Shown here piece after piece: positions 11,873 through 22,760 of a stretch of DNA of 64,000 nucleotides. The notes beneath the pieces were generated by a model. That model made no database searches. It was given only the letters and a program-made list of their open reading frames with translations, and was not told the origin of the DNA. Numbering within the stretch: the stretch's first letter is position 1; each line of letters starts with the position of its first letter. Source of the DNA: Octopus sinensis (Eukaryota); NCBI RefSeq assembly GCF_006345805.1, contig NC_043013.1:50096001-50160000 (forward strand). Direction: 5' to 3'. Both the position numbers and the translations under genes were made by a program.

Positions 11873-12240
11873 GCAGGAGTGGCTGTGTGGTAAGTAGCTT
11901 GTTTACCAACCACATGGTTCCGGGTTCTACTATAGCCTCGGGCCGACCAAAGCCTTGTGAGTGGATTTGGTAGACGGAAACTGAAAGAAGCCCGTCGTAT
12001 ATATGTATATATATATATGCGTGTGTGTGTTTGTGTGTCTGTGTTTGTCCCCCTAGCATTGCTTGACAACCGATGCTGGTGTGTTTATGTCCCCGTTACT
12101 TAGCGGTTCGGCAAAAGAGACCGATAGAATAAGTACTGGGCTTACAAAAGAATAAGTCCCGGGGTCAAGTTGTTCAACTAAAGGCGGTGCTCCAGCATGG
12201 CCGCAGTCAAATGACTGAAACAAGTAAAAGAGTAAAGAGT
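11873..12240 (+). mobile_element. tRNA-type SINE, family A (internal deletion)
   Basis: GGAGTGGCTGTGTGG A-box-like head, internal (TA)/(TG)n, tail GAAACAAGTAAAAGAGT. Confidence 0.85.
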
Positions 12241-12552
12241 ATTATACTGAAGAGTGCAGCTGAGGCATGGGATTAGGAAACCCATGTGTAAAATTGAGCC
12301 AGCCAGGATGCAATTTCTCCTGGAACTGGTGTACAATGTGATTCCAATTCAGGCCAATAACAGACGGTGGAGTTATCACTGTTGATTGTCAATGGTGTGG
12401 TGGAGTTATGCATCTTCCAAGCATTTTCTCACATCATTCAGGTAATTTCTTGTGGGAGTATGCAGGGCCAAGTGCTGAGTATCCTGAGTATCATGCGCTA
12501 AAGCAACAATGTAGCAGTATCAATACAATGAGAATCAATAAAATGCTTAGAC

Positions 12553-12768
12553 CAGTGCTTTTCAAACTTTTTGCTGGAGCGGAACCCCAAGGAAACATTC
12601 CACTGGCTCGAGGAACCCCTGTGCAATAATTTAATAGTCTTATGCACACATATCTGCACAGGGCAATTAAAAATTACTGATTTTAGCAGTTTTGTAACTT
12701 CTTGCGGAACCCCTGGACTGTACTGGCGGAACCGTAAGGTTCCGCGGAACCCTGGTTGAAAACCACTG
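12553..12768. mobile_element. hAT (Charlie-like) MITE, 216 bp
   Basis: CAGTG...CACTG termini; exact 8-bp TSD GCTTAGAC at 12545-12552 and 12769-12776. Confidence 0.9.
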
Positions 12769-12779
12769 GCTTAGACTAT

Positions 12780-13130
12780 ATTGTTACAAGAAAGGCAAGG
12801 AATAACAATGCAGCAATGTAAACAAAACAAACAACTGTTGTTATCGCTAGGCCTAACTCATCGTAAAGTCAATACCACCATGACTGATATCCAATCTACA
12901 GTGGAGAAGGCTAGCCACTGGATTTGGTTAAAAAGAGACGATGAGCGATGGCTAGAAGGATATTGAGCTTTATTTCATAACCAGCTGATCTAGCAAGCAG
13001 GGCCTCATATCAGTGAGGTGCGCATTGATGCCGTCGAGAGGTAGGCCCCGAAATGGCACGCATTCTCTCCTGATGACCCCATACACTTGCTGGCTTCCGG
13101 TATGCGGAGCTTTTGACTGGTAGCACTTGC
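12780..13130 (+). mobile_element. Possible RLE-clade (HERO-like) non-LTR element 3' end
   Basis: STVEKASHWIWLKRDDERW resembles the C-terminal motif of RLE-type LINE ORFs (recalled similarity). Confidence 0.4.
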
Positions 13131-13363
13131 ATGTGCAAGTTGTTTGCAAGACATCTATAATGAAGCAATGCCCTGACCTTAAACACAAATGCACACAACC
13201 ATGAGACACTTCTGTAACTTTTCTTCTACTAAATTTCACAAACAAAACACTGGCGGTTCACCCGTTGTGCATGCAGTGCATCGTAGTTCATTGATTGCAC
13301 ACTCAGTGCATCGCAGATTTTTCTGGATAATATATGTAAATTTATATTGTGAACTCCTCAGTA

Positions 13364-13762
13364 AGAGTGGCTGTGTGGTAAGTAGCTTGCTTACCAACCA
13401 CATGGTTCCGGGTTCAATCCCACTGCGTGGCATCTTGGGCAAGTGTCTTCTGCTATAGCCTCGGGCCGACCAATGCCTTGTGAGTGGATTTGGTAGACGG
13501 AAACTGAAAGAAGCCTGTCGTATATATGTATATATATATATGTGTGTGTGTGTGTGTTTGTGTGTGTGTGTTTGTCCCCCTAGCATTGCTTGACAACCGA
13601 TGCTGGTGTGTTTATGTCCCTGTTACTTTTCGGTTCGGCAAAAGAGACCGATAGAATAAGTACTGGGCTTACAAAAGAATAAGTCCCGGGGTCGATTTGC
13701 TCGACTAAAGGCGGTGCTCCAGCATGGCCGCAGTCAAATGACTGAAACAAGTAAAAGAGTAA
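13364..13762 (+). mobile_element. tRNA-type SINE, family A, full length
   Basis: A-box/B-box head (GGTTCAATCCC), microsatellite middle, shared tail. Confidence 0.9.
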
Positions 13763-13915
13763 ATATCCGGGTTTCTGTGGCTGATAGGTATTTATATTTT
13801 TTTTAGATTCTAATTATTTCTGTGAATGGTTTTGAAACATAACACCCATGATAGTCGAGGGGTTACCATACAAGGTTTTAATAATACTTTAAAAGAAATA
13901 GTAAAAGGCATTTAC

Positions 13916-13987
13916 CTCAATGTCGTCAATTTTGACATGCTTGTAAGCTTTCTTGAATTCCTTCACTCCACTCTTCATTGCATCTAC
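13916..13987 (-). CDS. CHMP5: CHMP5 exon 5 (72 nt): VDAMKSGVKEFKKAYKHVKIDDIE
   Basis: tttcAG acceptor, GTaaat donor, phase 0-0. Confidence 0.95.
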
Positions 13988-14059
13988 CTGAAATATAAAA
14001 GAAATAAATATGAACTTTTAATTTCAAGAAAACAAAAAAACACACACCTTACTCCACAC

Positions 14060-14350
14060 AAGGACATGTATGGAGACACGGGTCCACACATAGAGATGCA
14101 CATCCATACATACAAACATGGTACATAGTTGCAAAACACAAACACACACACACACAGATATGCACACACAAGGAGACAGAGGTGCATACATATACAAACA
14201 CACACTCACACACATACATAGAAAATACACACACGGACATGCAAGCACATGAATATGCACAATACATAGAGGTACACACATACATACATACGTACATACA
14301 TGGGCACACACACACACACACTGACCCTCACACATGCGCACAAACAAACA
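14060..14350. repeat. Degenerate (CA)n/(CATA)n microsatellite tract
   Basis: Low-complexity sequence; explains the spurious Cys/Val-rich ORFs here. Confidence 0.85.
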
Positions 14351-14623
14351 AAAGGGAATGCAGTGTAAATAACGGACAGAGTCAAAACTATTGAAAAGGT
14401 TGCAAGACGCAACGAAAATTTTAGGAAAATAAAAATAATTTTAAAAAAGTGGAAATTTTACCAGTGTGTTACATTATAAGGCAAAAAAGAAAATGACTCT
14501 CCCCAGACACAATAGAATATGCTTCAACACACAAACTCATATAAAGAATCTTGCAAACCAAATCCAAAAACGAAAAACAAGAAATATGTATTTTAAATTC
14601 AAAGACATAATTTTTGACATTAC

Positions 14624-14717
14624 TGTAGTTTTTGTGTCTTTTAGTGACTGGATGGCAAAGTTCTGCTGCTCCAAATTGAATGATTGATTATCAAGTTGCT
14701 CCCGTTGTTGTTCATAC
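14624..14717 (-). CDS. CHMP5: CHMP5 exon 4 (94 nt): (M)[31 protein letters not shown]
   Basis: ttctAG acceptor, GTaatg donor, phase 2-0. Confidence 0.95.
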
Positions 14718-14928
14718 CTAGAAATGGAAAGATAATACTTCTTGTTAGTGACATTAACTGAGATTGATTGAGAAACACATTTACATATTTTTTACCAACA
14801 TTCAAAACCAATGTAAAAGCAGATGAAAAGTGAAAGAATTTACACTTTTAATTTGCATTTTAAATGGTTTTAAGAACATTTCTGTGATGTAAAAGATGAT
14901 CATTATTGTATATATAATGTGCAGGTGG

Positions 14929-15105
14929 CACGTAAAAAGCACCCACTACACTCTCGGAGTGGTTGGCGTTAGGAAGGGCATCCAGCCGTAGAAACTCTGC
15001 CAGATCAAGACTGGAGCCTGGTGCAGCCATCTGGTTGCCAGTCCTCAGTCAAATCGTCCAACCCATGCTAGCATGGAAAACGGACCTTAAATGATGATGA
15101 TGATG
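14929..15105 (+). mobile_element. RTE 3' tail fragment
   Basis: GGCGTTAGGAAGGGCATCCAGCCGTAGAAAC then (GAT)n, as at 20440-20630. Confidence 0.85.
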
Positions 15106-15217
15106 TGTCTTGGAAGCCCGAGGAAACTGAGTTAGCAAGCATTTCATTTGGTGAAAATTTTATCCAGATATTTGAAGTTTTACTAAACTATTATATTAGA
15201 ATATATACATATATAGA

Positions 15218-15388
15218 CGCAGGAGTGGCTGTGTGGTAAGTAGCTTGCTTACCAACCACATGGTTCCGGGTTCATTCCCACTGCGTGGCACCTTGGGCAA
15301 GTGACTTCTGCTATAGCCTCGGGCCGACCAAAGCCTTGTGAGTGGATTTGGTAGACGGAAACTGAAAGAAGCCCATCGTATATATATG

Positions 15389-15433
<45 letters not shown>

Positions 15434-15625
15434 CTGTTTGTCCTCCTAGCATTGCTTGACAACCGATGCTGGTGTGTTTATGTCCCCGTCACTTAGCGGT
15501 TCGGCAAAAGAGACCAATAGAATAAGTACTGGGCTTACAAAGAATAAGTCCCATGGTCGAGTTGCTTGACTAAAGGCGGTGCTCCAGCATGGCCGCAGTC
15601 AAATGACTGAAACAAGTAAAAGAGT
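15218..15625 (+). mobile_element. tRNA-type SINE, family A
   Basis: Full-length match to the other family A copies. Confidence 0.9.
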
Positions 15626-15774
15626 ATATGTCATCATCATTTTGACGTCCACTTTTCCATGCTTGTATGGGTCAAACAGGGTTTATTGAGACAGGTTCTC
15701 TTTGGCCAGTTGCCTTTCCTGTCACTAACCCTCACTTGTTTCCTTATGGCCAGACATATTCTCACAGTATAGTC

Positions 15775-16158
15775 ATCATCATCATCATTTAGTGTCCGTT
15801 TTCCATGCTAGCATGGGTTGGACAGTTCAACTGGGGATCTGGGAAGCCAGGAGGCTGCACCAGGCTCCAGTCTGATCTGGCAGTGTTTCTACGGCTGGAT
15901 GCCCTTCCTAACGCCAAGCACGCCGTGAGTGTAGTGGGTGCTTTTTACGTGCCAGATGGGGCTGGCAAATGGCCACGGACGGATGATGCTTTTTACGTGC
16001 ACAGGGGCCAGGCGAGGCTGGCAACAGCCACGATCGGATGGTGCTTTTTACGTGCCACCGGCACGGAGGCCAGTCGGGGCGGCACTGGCAACGGCCATGG
16101 TCGGGTGGTGTGGGGGCCAGGCAAGGCTGGCAACGGCCACGATCGGATGGTGCTTTTT
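15775..16158 (-). mobile_element. RTE 3' UTR fragment with ~4 repeat units
   Basis: (CAT)n at left; reverse complement of the 19790-20630 region. Confidence 0.85.
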
Positions 16159-16850
16159 ACAACACTACTTCAAAGAAAGTGATAACCATTTACAACCATC
16201 CTGTGATGACAATCCAAGGAGACACAAAGACATATACACACATGCATATTATATACATATACAATGGGTTTCTTCCAGTTTCTGATTAACAGAATCCACT
16301 CGCAAGGCTTGGGTTGGCCAGGTGCTATAATAGAAGATACTTGCCCAAGGTTCCACAGAGTGGGACTGAACCCAAAACCATATGAGAAGCAAACATCTTA
16401 TCACACAGCCAAGCCTATATGGAGTACTATCTGTAAACTATGTCTGTGGAAGGGATATAATCACAAACAGGCTAACAGAGAAGGTAAACCTCATGTGTAG
16501 TACAGTCGTAGGAGTAATAAGTGAGAGGATTTGTCAAATAGACGCTTTCCAATGGACAGGTGGTTCGCTAGAAGTAGCTGATAGCTTCTGTCATTATTGG
16601 GGGCCTAATTAGCAGTAGGCATAGATAATATAAAAACTGGCTGGCATTGAAATTGGGATTTTAACAAAGTCTTTAATTTTTGTTCCTTGTGCGTTGAGAA
16701 TTTTGGATTTGAATCTAATTCTGCCACTGAAGATTATATCAATAGCAATGAATACGTTTTTACATCTGAATGTATTTGGTATTTGGAATATTTGAGAAAC
16801 AAAAAATAATAAACAGCTTATTTTCATACTTGAACATCATACATACTTAC

Positions 16851-16897
16851 ATTTTCTTTTGTTTCAATACTCGCATAGCCTTTTGCTTAACAGTATT
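16851..16897 (-). CDS. CHMP5: CHMP5 exon 3 (47 nt): NTVKQKAMRVLKQKK(M)
   Basis: tttcAG acceptor, GTaagt donor, phase 0-2. Confidence 0.95.
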
Positions 16898-16944
16898 CTG
16901 AAATGAAAGCAAAATATCGATTTTTAAAATAAAATGAAGATACG

Positions 16945-19755
16945 GTAGATAAGGTTATCGAGGTAGTCAGAGTATGTGACAGAATACTTAAGATTAGATT
17001 AGTGCTCCATCATAGTTTAGCAACTATTATATCGGCCTATGCCCCTCAGCCAGGGTTACCCGATGGGCAGAAAGACCGTTTCTATGACACCCTACTGCAG
17101 ACCACCTCATTGACGAACAACAGGGACCTTCTCTTTGTGGCTGGTGACTTCAATGGGCATGTTGGACGATATGCTGAGGGCTTCTATGGCGTTCATGGAG
17201 GCTATGGTTATGGTTCTCGCAATGAGGAGGGAACCAGGCTGCTGGAGTTCTGTGATGCGAATAGTCTTATGGTTTGCAACACTAACTTCAGGAAACCAAC
17301 AAGCCACTTGGTCACCTACCGTTCGGGCCAGCATACTAGCCAAATCGACTACATCCTTGCCAGAAAAAGGGAAAGATGGCTGCTAATGAATGCCAAAACC
17401 TTCCCAGGCGAAGAATGTACCCCACAACATAGAATGGTAGTCAGTGACTTTAGGATCAGGACTAAGAGGACGACTAGAAGACGACCAACATGGAGAAGAA
17501 GGGTCTGGAAGCTAAAAGACCCTGCTAATGGACAGAGATTTAGAGACATGTTACTTGAAGCCTTCGACGAAATAGAAGGGGGCATAGCTACACATGGGGT
17601 AGAAGATAACTGGGCGCTTCTAAGGGACAACCTGCTGAAAGCCACTGACCAGATCTGTGGCTGGTGCAAAGTCCCCACAAGACCCAAAATAACGTGGTGG
17701 TGGAACAATACTGTTGACAGGGCTATTAGACAAAAGAAACGGGCTTGGAAGGACTGGAAGAACGGTGGTAGCAGGGAAGTGTATCAGACTGCAAGAAGGG
17801 AAGCTAGGAGGCAGGTTTATTTAGCCAGAGGGGAAGCAGATAAGAAAAAATTTGCCAATGTCCTGCGCCGTGAGGATGAAAGACTTGAGGTATTTCATAT
17901 AGCAAGACAGTGTGTGAGAGAGAATCGTGACGTGGTAGGAGAAAAATGTGTTCGCACGGATGACGGCTCACTTGCGCTAAATGAGGATGCAAAGAGAGAG
18001 GTTTGGAGAAGCCACTATGAAAGGTTGCTGAATGAGGAAAATGAATGGGATAAAGAGAGTCTGCCGAATGTTGACCCAACAGAGGGACCAGCAATCCGAG
18101 TTGACAGTTCCTTAGTAGATAAGGCAATTAAAAGCATGAAAACAGGGAAAGCCCCAGGCCCATCAGGAATTACTGCAGAGATGCTCAAAATATCTGGTAG
18201 TGTCGGCTATAGCCTAGTCACCCATATAGTTAACCAGGTGATACACGAAGGAGTCATTCCCAATGACTGGTGTAGTAGCATAATAGTCAGCTGCTACAAA
18301 GGTAAAGGTGACGCCCTAGATACAAATAACTACAGGGGTATCAAGCTGCTGGATCAGGTAATGAAGGTTACGGAGAGGGTTATAGCCCAACTAATTAGAG
18401 AGAGAGTTAGCCTAGATCAGATGCAGTTTGGGTTCGTGCCAGGGAAAAGTACTACTGATGCTATTTTCATGGTAAGACAGCTGCAAGAGAAATACCTAAC
18501 CAAAGACAAGCCCCTATACCTGGCTTTTGTTGATATGGAGAAAGCCTTCGACAGGGTCCCCCGATCCCTCATCTGGTGGTCAATGAGGAAACTAGGGATA
18601 GATGAATGGTTAGTGAAAGCTGTACAAGCCATGTACAGAGACACTGCTAGTAAGGTGAGGGTTGGCACCGAGTACAGTGAAGAATTCAGGGTAGAGGTTG
18701 GGGTCCACCAAGGTTCAGTCCTCAGTCCCCTCCTATTTATCATAGTCCTCCAGGCAATAACGGAGGAATTCAAGACTGGATGCCCCTGGGAGCTCCTCTA
18801 TGCTGATGACCTTGCTCTAATTGCTGAGTCTCTATCAGAACTAGAGGAGAAGTTTCAGGTATGGAAACAAGGTTTAGAATCGAAGGGCCTTAGAATCAAC
18901 CTAGCCAAAACCAAAGTCCTGATAAGTAGGAAGGTAGACCAATCACAAACGCCTTCAGGTAGATGGCCCTGCTCGATCTGTAGAAAAGGTGTAGGTAGAA
19001 ACTCTATAAGATGCACCAAGTGTAAGCTATGGACACATAAGAGGTACAGCAATGTCAAAGGAAGGCTAACTAGGAAGATGGTTTTTGTATGTGGCAGATG
19101 CTCAGGAACAATTAACACTGAAAATGCTCTGAGACCAACTTCCGTCACTTTCCAGGGAGAAAAGCTAGAAGTAGTTGATAGTTTCCGTTACCTAGGTGAC
19201 CAAGTCAGTAGCGGGGGCGGGTGTGCTGAAAGTATAACTGCTAGAGTAAGAATAACCTGGACAAAGTTTAGAGAGCTCTTACCCCTGTTGGTGACAAAAG
19301 GCCTCTCGCTCAAAGTAAAAGGCAGACTGTATGATGCATGTGTACGTACAGCCATGCTACATGGTAGTGAAACTTGGGCTGTGACTGCTGAGGATTTGCG
19401 TAAGCTCGCAAGAAATGAAGCTAGTATGCTCCGATGGATGTGTAACGTCAGTGTTCATAATCGACAGAGTGTAAGTACCTTGAGAGAAAAGTTGAACCTA
19501 AGAAGCATCAGTTGTTGTGTGCAAGAGAGACATATGCGCTGGTATGGTCATGTGATGAGAATGGCTGAAGATAGTTGTGTGCGAAAGTGCCACACCCTGG
19601 CAGTTGAGGGGACCTGTGGAAGAGGTAGACCCAGGAAAACCTGGGTCGAGGCAGTGAAGCACGACCTTCGAACTTTAGGTCTCACCAAGGAAATGACCAG
19701 TGACCGAGACCTTTGGAGGTTTGCTGTGCGTGAGAAAACCCGGAAAGACCAGTGA
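16945..19755 (+). CDS. RTE LINE ORF: partial APE endonuclease, RT, PHD-like finger; open frame, 5'-truncated
   Basis: Stop-free frame from GTA at 16945 (VDKVIEVVRVCDRI, in frame with ORF 17002) to TGA; motifs SAYAPQ, GDFNGHVG, SQIDYIL, FVDMEKAFDRV, HQGSVLSP, LYADD. Confidence 0.9.
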   Translation, partial: VDKVIEVVRVCDRILKIRLVLHHSLATIISAYAPQPGLPDGQKDRFYDTLLQTTSLTNNRDLLFVAGDFNGHVGRYAEGFYGVHGGYGYGSRNEEGTRLLEFCDANSLMVCNTNFRKPTSHLVTYRSGQHTSQIDYILARKRERWLLMNAKTFPGEECTPQHRMVVSDFRIRTKRTTRRRPTWRRRVWKLKDPANGQRFRDMLLEAFDEIEGGIATHGVEDNWALLRDNLLKATDQICGWCKVPTRPKITWWWNNTVDRAIRQKKRAWKDWKNGGSREVYQTARREARRQVYLARGEADKKKFANVLRREDERLEVFHIARQCVRENRDVVGEKCVRTDDGSLALNEDAKREVWRSHYERLLNEENEWDKESLPNVDPTEGPAIRVDSSLVDKAIKSMKTGKAPGPSGITAEMLKISGSVGYSLVTHIVNQVIHEGVIPNDWCSSIIVSCYKGKGDALDTNNYRGIKLLDQVMKVTERVIAQLIRERVSLDQMQFGFVPGKSTTDAIFMVRQLQEKYLTKDKPLYLAFVDMEKAFDRVPRSLIWWSMRKLGIDEWLVKAVQAMYRDTASKVRVGTEYSEEFRVEVGVHQGSVLSPLLFIIVLQAITEEFKTGCPWELLYADDLALIAESLSELEEKFQVWKQGLESKGLRINLAKTKVLISRKVDQSQTPSGRWPCSICRKGVGRNSIRCTKCKLWTHKRYSNVKGRLTRKMVFVCGRCSGTINTENALRPTSVTFQGEKLEVVDSFRYLGDQVSSGGGCAESITARVRITWTKFRELLPLLVTKGLSLKVKGRLYDACVRTAMLHGSETWAVTAEDLRKLARNEASMLRWMCNVSVHNRQSVSTLREKLNLRSISCCVQERHMRWYGHVMRMAEDSCVRKCHTLAVEGTCGRGRPRKTWVEAVKHDLRTLGLTKEMTSDRDLWRFAVREKTRKDQ

Positions 19756-19799
19756 GAACAGTCAAAATCAAGATCAAACCAAATTGAGGTCGATCAACA

Positions 19800-20450
19800 T
19801 CAGGGCCCCCGTGCAGGTGACACGTAAAAGTACCATCCGTTCGTAGCCGTTTGCCAGCCCTGTCTGGCCCCCGTGTCGGTGGCATGTAAAAGCACCATTC
19901 GTTTGTGGCCGTTGCCAGCCTGGCCTGGCCCCCGTGCCGGTGACACGTAAAAGCACCATCTGTTTGTGGCCGTTTGCCAGCTCTGTCTGGCCCCCGTGCC
20001 GGTGACACGTAAAAGCACCATCCGTTCGTGGCCGTTTGCCAGCTCTGTCTGGCCCCCGTGCCGGTGACACGTAAAAGCACCATCCGTTCGTGGCCGTTTG
20101 CCAGCCCTGTCTGGCCCCCATGTCGGTGACATGTAAAAGCACCATCCGTTTGTGGCCGTTTGCCAGCCCTGTCTGGCCCCCATGTCGGTGACATGTAAAA
20201 GCACCATCCGTTCGTGCCCGTTGCCAGCTTCGCCTGGCCCCCGTGCCGGTGACACGTAAAAGCACCATCCGTTTCGTGGCTGTTTGCCAGCTCTGTCTGG
20301 ACCCCGTGTTGGTGGCACATAAAAGCACCATCCATTCGTGTTCGTTGCCAGCCTCGCCTGGCCCCGTGCCGGTGACACGTAAAAGCACCATCCGTTCGTG
20401 GCCGTTTGCCAGCTCTGTATGGCACCTGTGTGGGTGGCACGTAAAAAGCA
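19800..20450 (+). repeat. 11 x ~61-62 bp tandem array in the RTE 3' UTR
   Basis: Unit GGCCCCCGTGCCGGTGACACGTAAAAGCACCATCCGTTCGTGGCCGTTTGCCAGCTCTGTCT; 11 AAAAG(C/T)ACC cores counted. Confidence 0.9.
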
Positions 20451-20598
20451 CCCACTACACTCACGGAGTGGTTGGCGTTAGGAAGGGCATCCAGCCGTAG
20501 AAACACTGCCAGATCTGACTGGGCCTGATGAAGCCTTCCAGCTTCACAGACCCCAGTTGAACCGTCCAACCCATGCTAGCATGGAGAACTGACGCTAA

Positions 20599-20630
<32 letters not shown>

Positions 20631-20951
20631 ACGACAAAGCCTGCATTCCCGCACAAGTATCAACAAAACTATAAATTTAGCATAAACCAGGGAGCTGTAG
20701 GTTTCCTTTCTCAATAATTTTTTTTAACTAAAATGAAATAGTAAGATTAGAAGCATTCCATTTATAAAATAAAAGATGACTAAATCCAGCTCAAAATTAC
20801 CCGTTTAACTCAAACAAATGGCCCTTGAGAATTTTGACAAAGTCCACTCAGTTCAAGCATTCAGGCCAGATCCCTAGTCTGAAGACAACTTTCTCCTTTC
20901 CCGGCAATATCAGAGGCCCTGGAAGGTATGTTTTATGCATATTTTGCAGTT

Positions 20952-21899
20952 CTGCACACTGCCTCAGCTTTGCACCGGCTGGCACATCCTGCACACTGCC
21001 TCAGCTTTGCAATGGCTGGCACATCCTGCACACAGCCTCAGCTTTGCACCGGCTGGCACATCCTGCACACAGCCTCAGCTTTGCACCGGCTGGCACATCC
21101 TGCACACAGCCTCAGCTTTGCACCGGCTGGCACATCCTGCACACAGCCTCAGCTTTGCACCGGCTGGCACATCCTGCACACAGCCTCAGCTTTGCACCGG
21201 CTGGCACATCCTGCACACAGCCTCAGCTTTGCACCGGCTGGCACATCCTGCACACAGCCTCAGCTTGCACCGGCTGGCACATCCTGCACACAGCCTCAGC
21301 TTTGCACCGGCTGGCACATCCTGCACACAGCCTCAGCTTTGCACCGGCTGGCACATCCTGCACACAGCCTCAGCTTTGCACCGGCTGGCACATCCTGCAC
21401 ACAGCCTCAGCTTTGCACCGGCTGGCACATCCTGCACACAGCCTCAGCTTTGCACCGGCTGGCACATCCTGCACACATCCTCAGCTTTGCACCGGCTGGC
21501 ACATCCTGCACACAGCCTCAGCTTTGCACCGGCTGGCACATCCTGCACACAGCCTCAGCTTTGCACCAGCTGGCACATCCTGCACACAGCCTCAGCTTTG
21601 CACCGGCTGGCACATCCTGCACACAGCCTCAGCTTTGCACCGGCTGGCACATCCTGCACACATCCTCAGCTTTGCACCGGCTGGCACATCCTGCACACAG
21701 CCTCAGCTTTGCACCGGCTGGCACATCCTGCACACAGCCTCAGCTGGCACATCCTGCACACTGCCTCAGCTTTGCAATGGCTGGCACATCCTGCACACAG
21801 CCTCAGCTTTGCACCGGCTGGCACATCCTGCACACAGCCTCAGCTTTGCACCGGCTGGCACATCCTGCACACAGCCTCAGCTTTGCACCGGCTGGCACA
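20952..21899 (+). repeat. 37-bp minisatellite, ~25 units
   Basis: Unit GCACACAGCCTCAGCTTTGCACCGGCTGGCACATCCT; 37-aa periodicity in all three frames. Confidence 0.95.
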
Positions 21900-22293
21900 A
21901 CCGCATGCACATGTACCTTTGACCACACCATCACCTACACCTTCGTCGCCACTACCTAACACGAAAAAACCCTATGTCACCAGGACTGGCTGCACTGTGC
22001 ATTGGTCCCCCCAAAAACTCACCAAAACTACTTATATCTGACAATCCCTTTTGTGTTTCCTGTGACAGACAATCACTTTCTTGTGTTTCCTGTGACAGTT
22101 CCAATACTCTGCCATTGAACATTTTGTCAAATTCTGGGCATGCCAATTTATGTTTCTTGCAGTTATTTTTCTATTTGACTTGTCCCATTTTGGTACCATA
22201 TCTTGTTGGTTGCGATCAGTTACCATCTTTGCTCTTTCTTGTGACTGCTTCAATTACTCAGTTTACGCACTGCTGTACTCAGGGGGGAGCCCT

Positions 22294-22710
22294 TGTAGTG
22301 GCACAAGCAGTCAGTGCCATATCGGATGAGATCTCGAGGCAGCCATTGCCATCTCCGAGACTGGAGCGACACCTCACCTGCATCCATTTGCCATGCGCAA
22401 GATCATAACGAGGCTCGCGATGGCAAACTGTACATAAGGGCGAAACAGATTGAGATTCTCTCTCTCTTTTGCTGCCTCTCTTTCTGCCTCGTAGCAGCAG
22501 CGCTGGCTGAGCCTGTCTGTATGTTGTACCTCCAGAGGCAATGTTCCTGCACTAACGGAGCTACTACACAATGCACACAGCTAAAGATGGTAGCTGAGAG
22601 CAGCACCCTTCACCTTTCCTGTGAATCTTGTAAATAAACCAGTTGTGAACTGCATTTGTACTTGAAGTCTTCTCTCTTCGCCTGTTGGACCCTGGACTGC
22701 GCGAAGAACA
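22294..22710 (+). mobile_element. Probable retrotransposon 3' LTR (TG...CA) preceded by a polypurine tract
   Basis: AGGGGGGAG at 22281-22289, TGTAGTG start, internal AATAAA, ...GAAGAACA end; no partner LTR seen. Confidence 0.5.
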
Positions 22711-22760
22711 AAAAGAGATAATGGAGGAAGGCAATATTCTCCCGATATTGTAAACCTTGA

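Larger units (their letters stand above)
16945..20630 (+). mobile_element. RTE-clade LINE, 3.7 kb, antisense in CHMP5 intron 2
   Basis: ORF, 3' UTR array and (GAT)n tail; GATACG at 16939-16944 and 20628-20633 is a probable TSD overlapping the tail. Confidence 0.9.

Noticed and set aside
19682-20569. Minus-strand ORFs of 192-295 aa with repeating peptides
   Set aside because: Antisense translation of the RTE 3' UTR array.
20952-21899. CRISPR-like appearance of regular repeats (also 19800-20450)
   Set aside because: Units are contiguous with no unique spacers, there are no cas genes, and the context is eukaryotic.
20825-22041. Three overlapping 343-368 aa ORFs
   Set aside because: Artefact of a stop-free 37-bp tandem unit; no coding signature or splice context.
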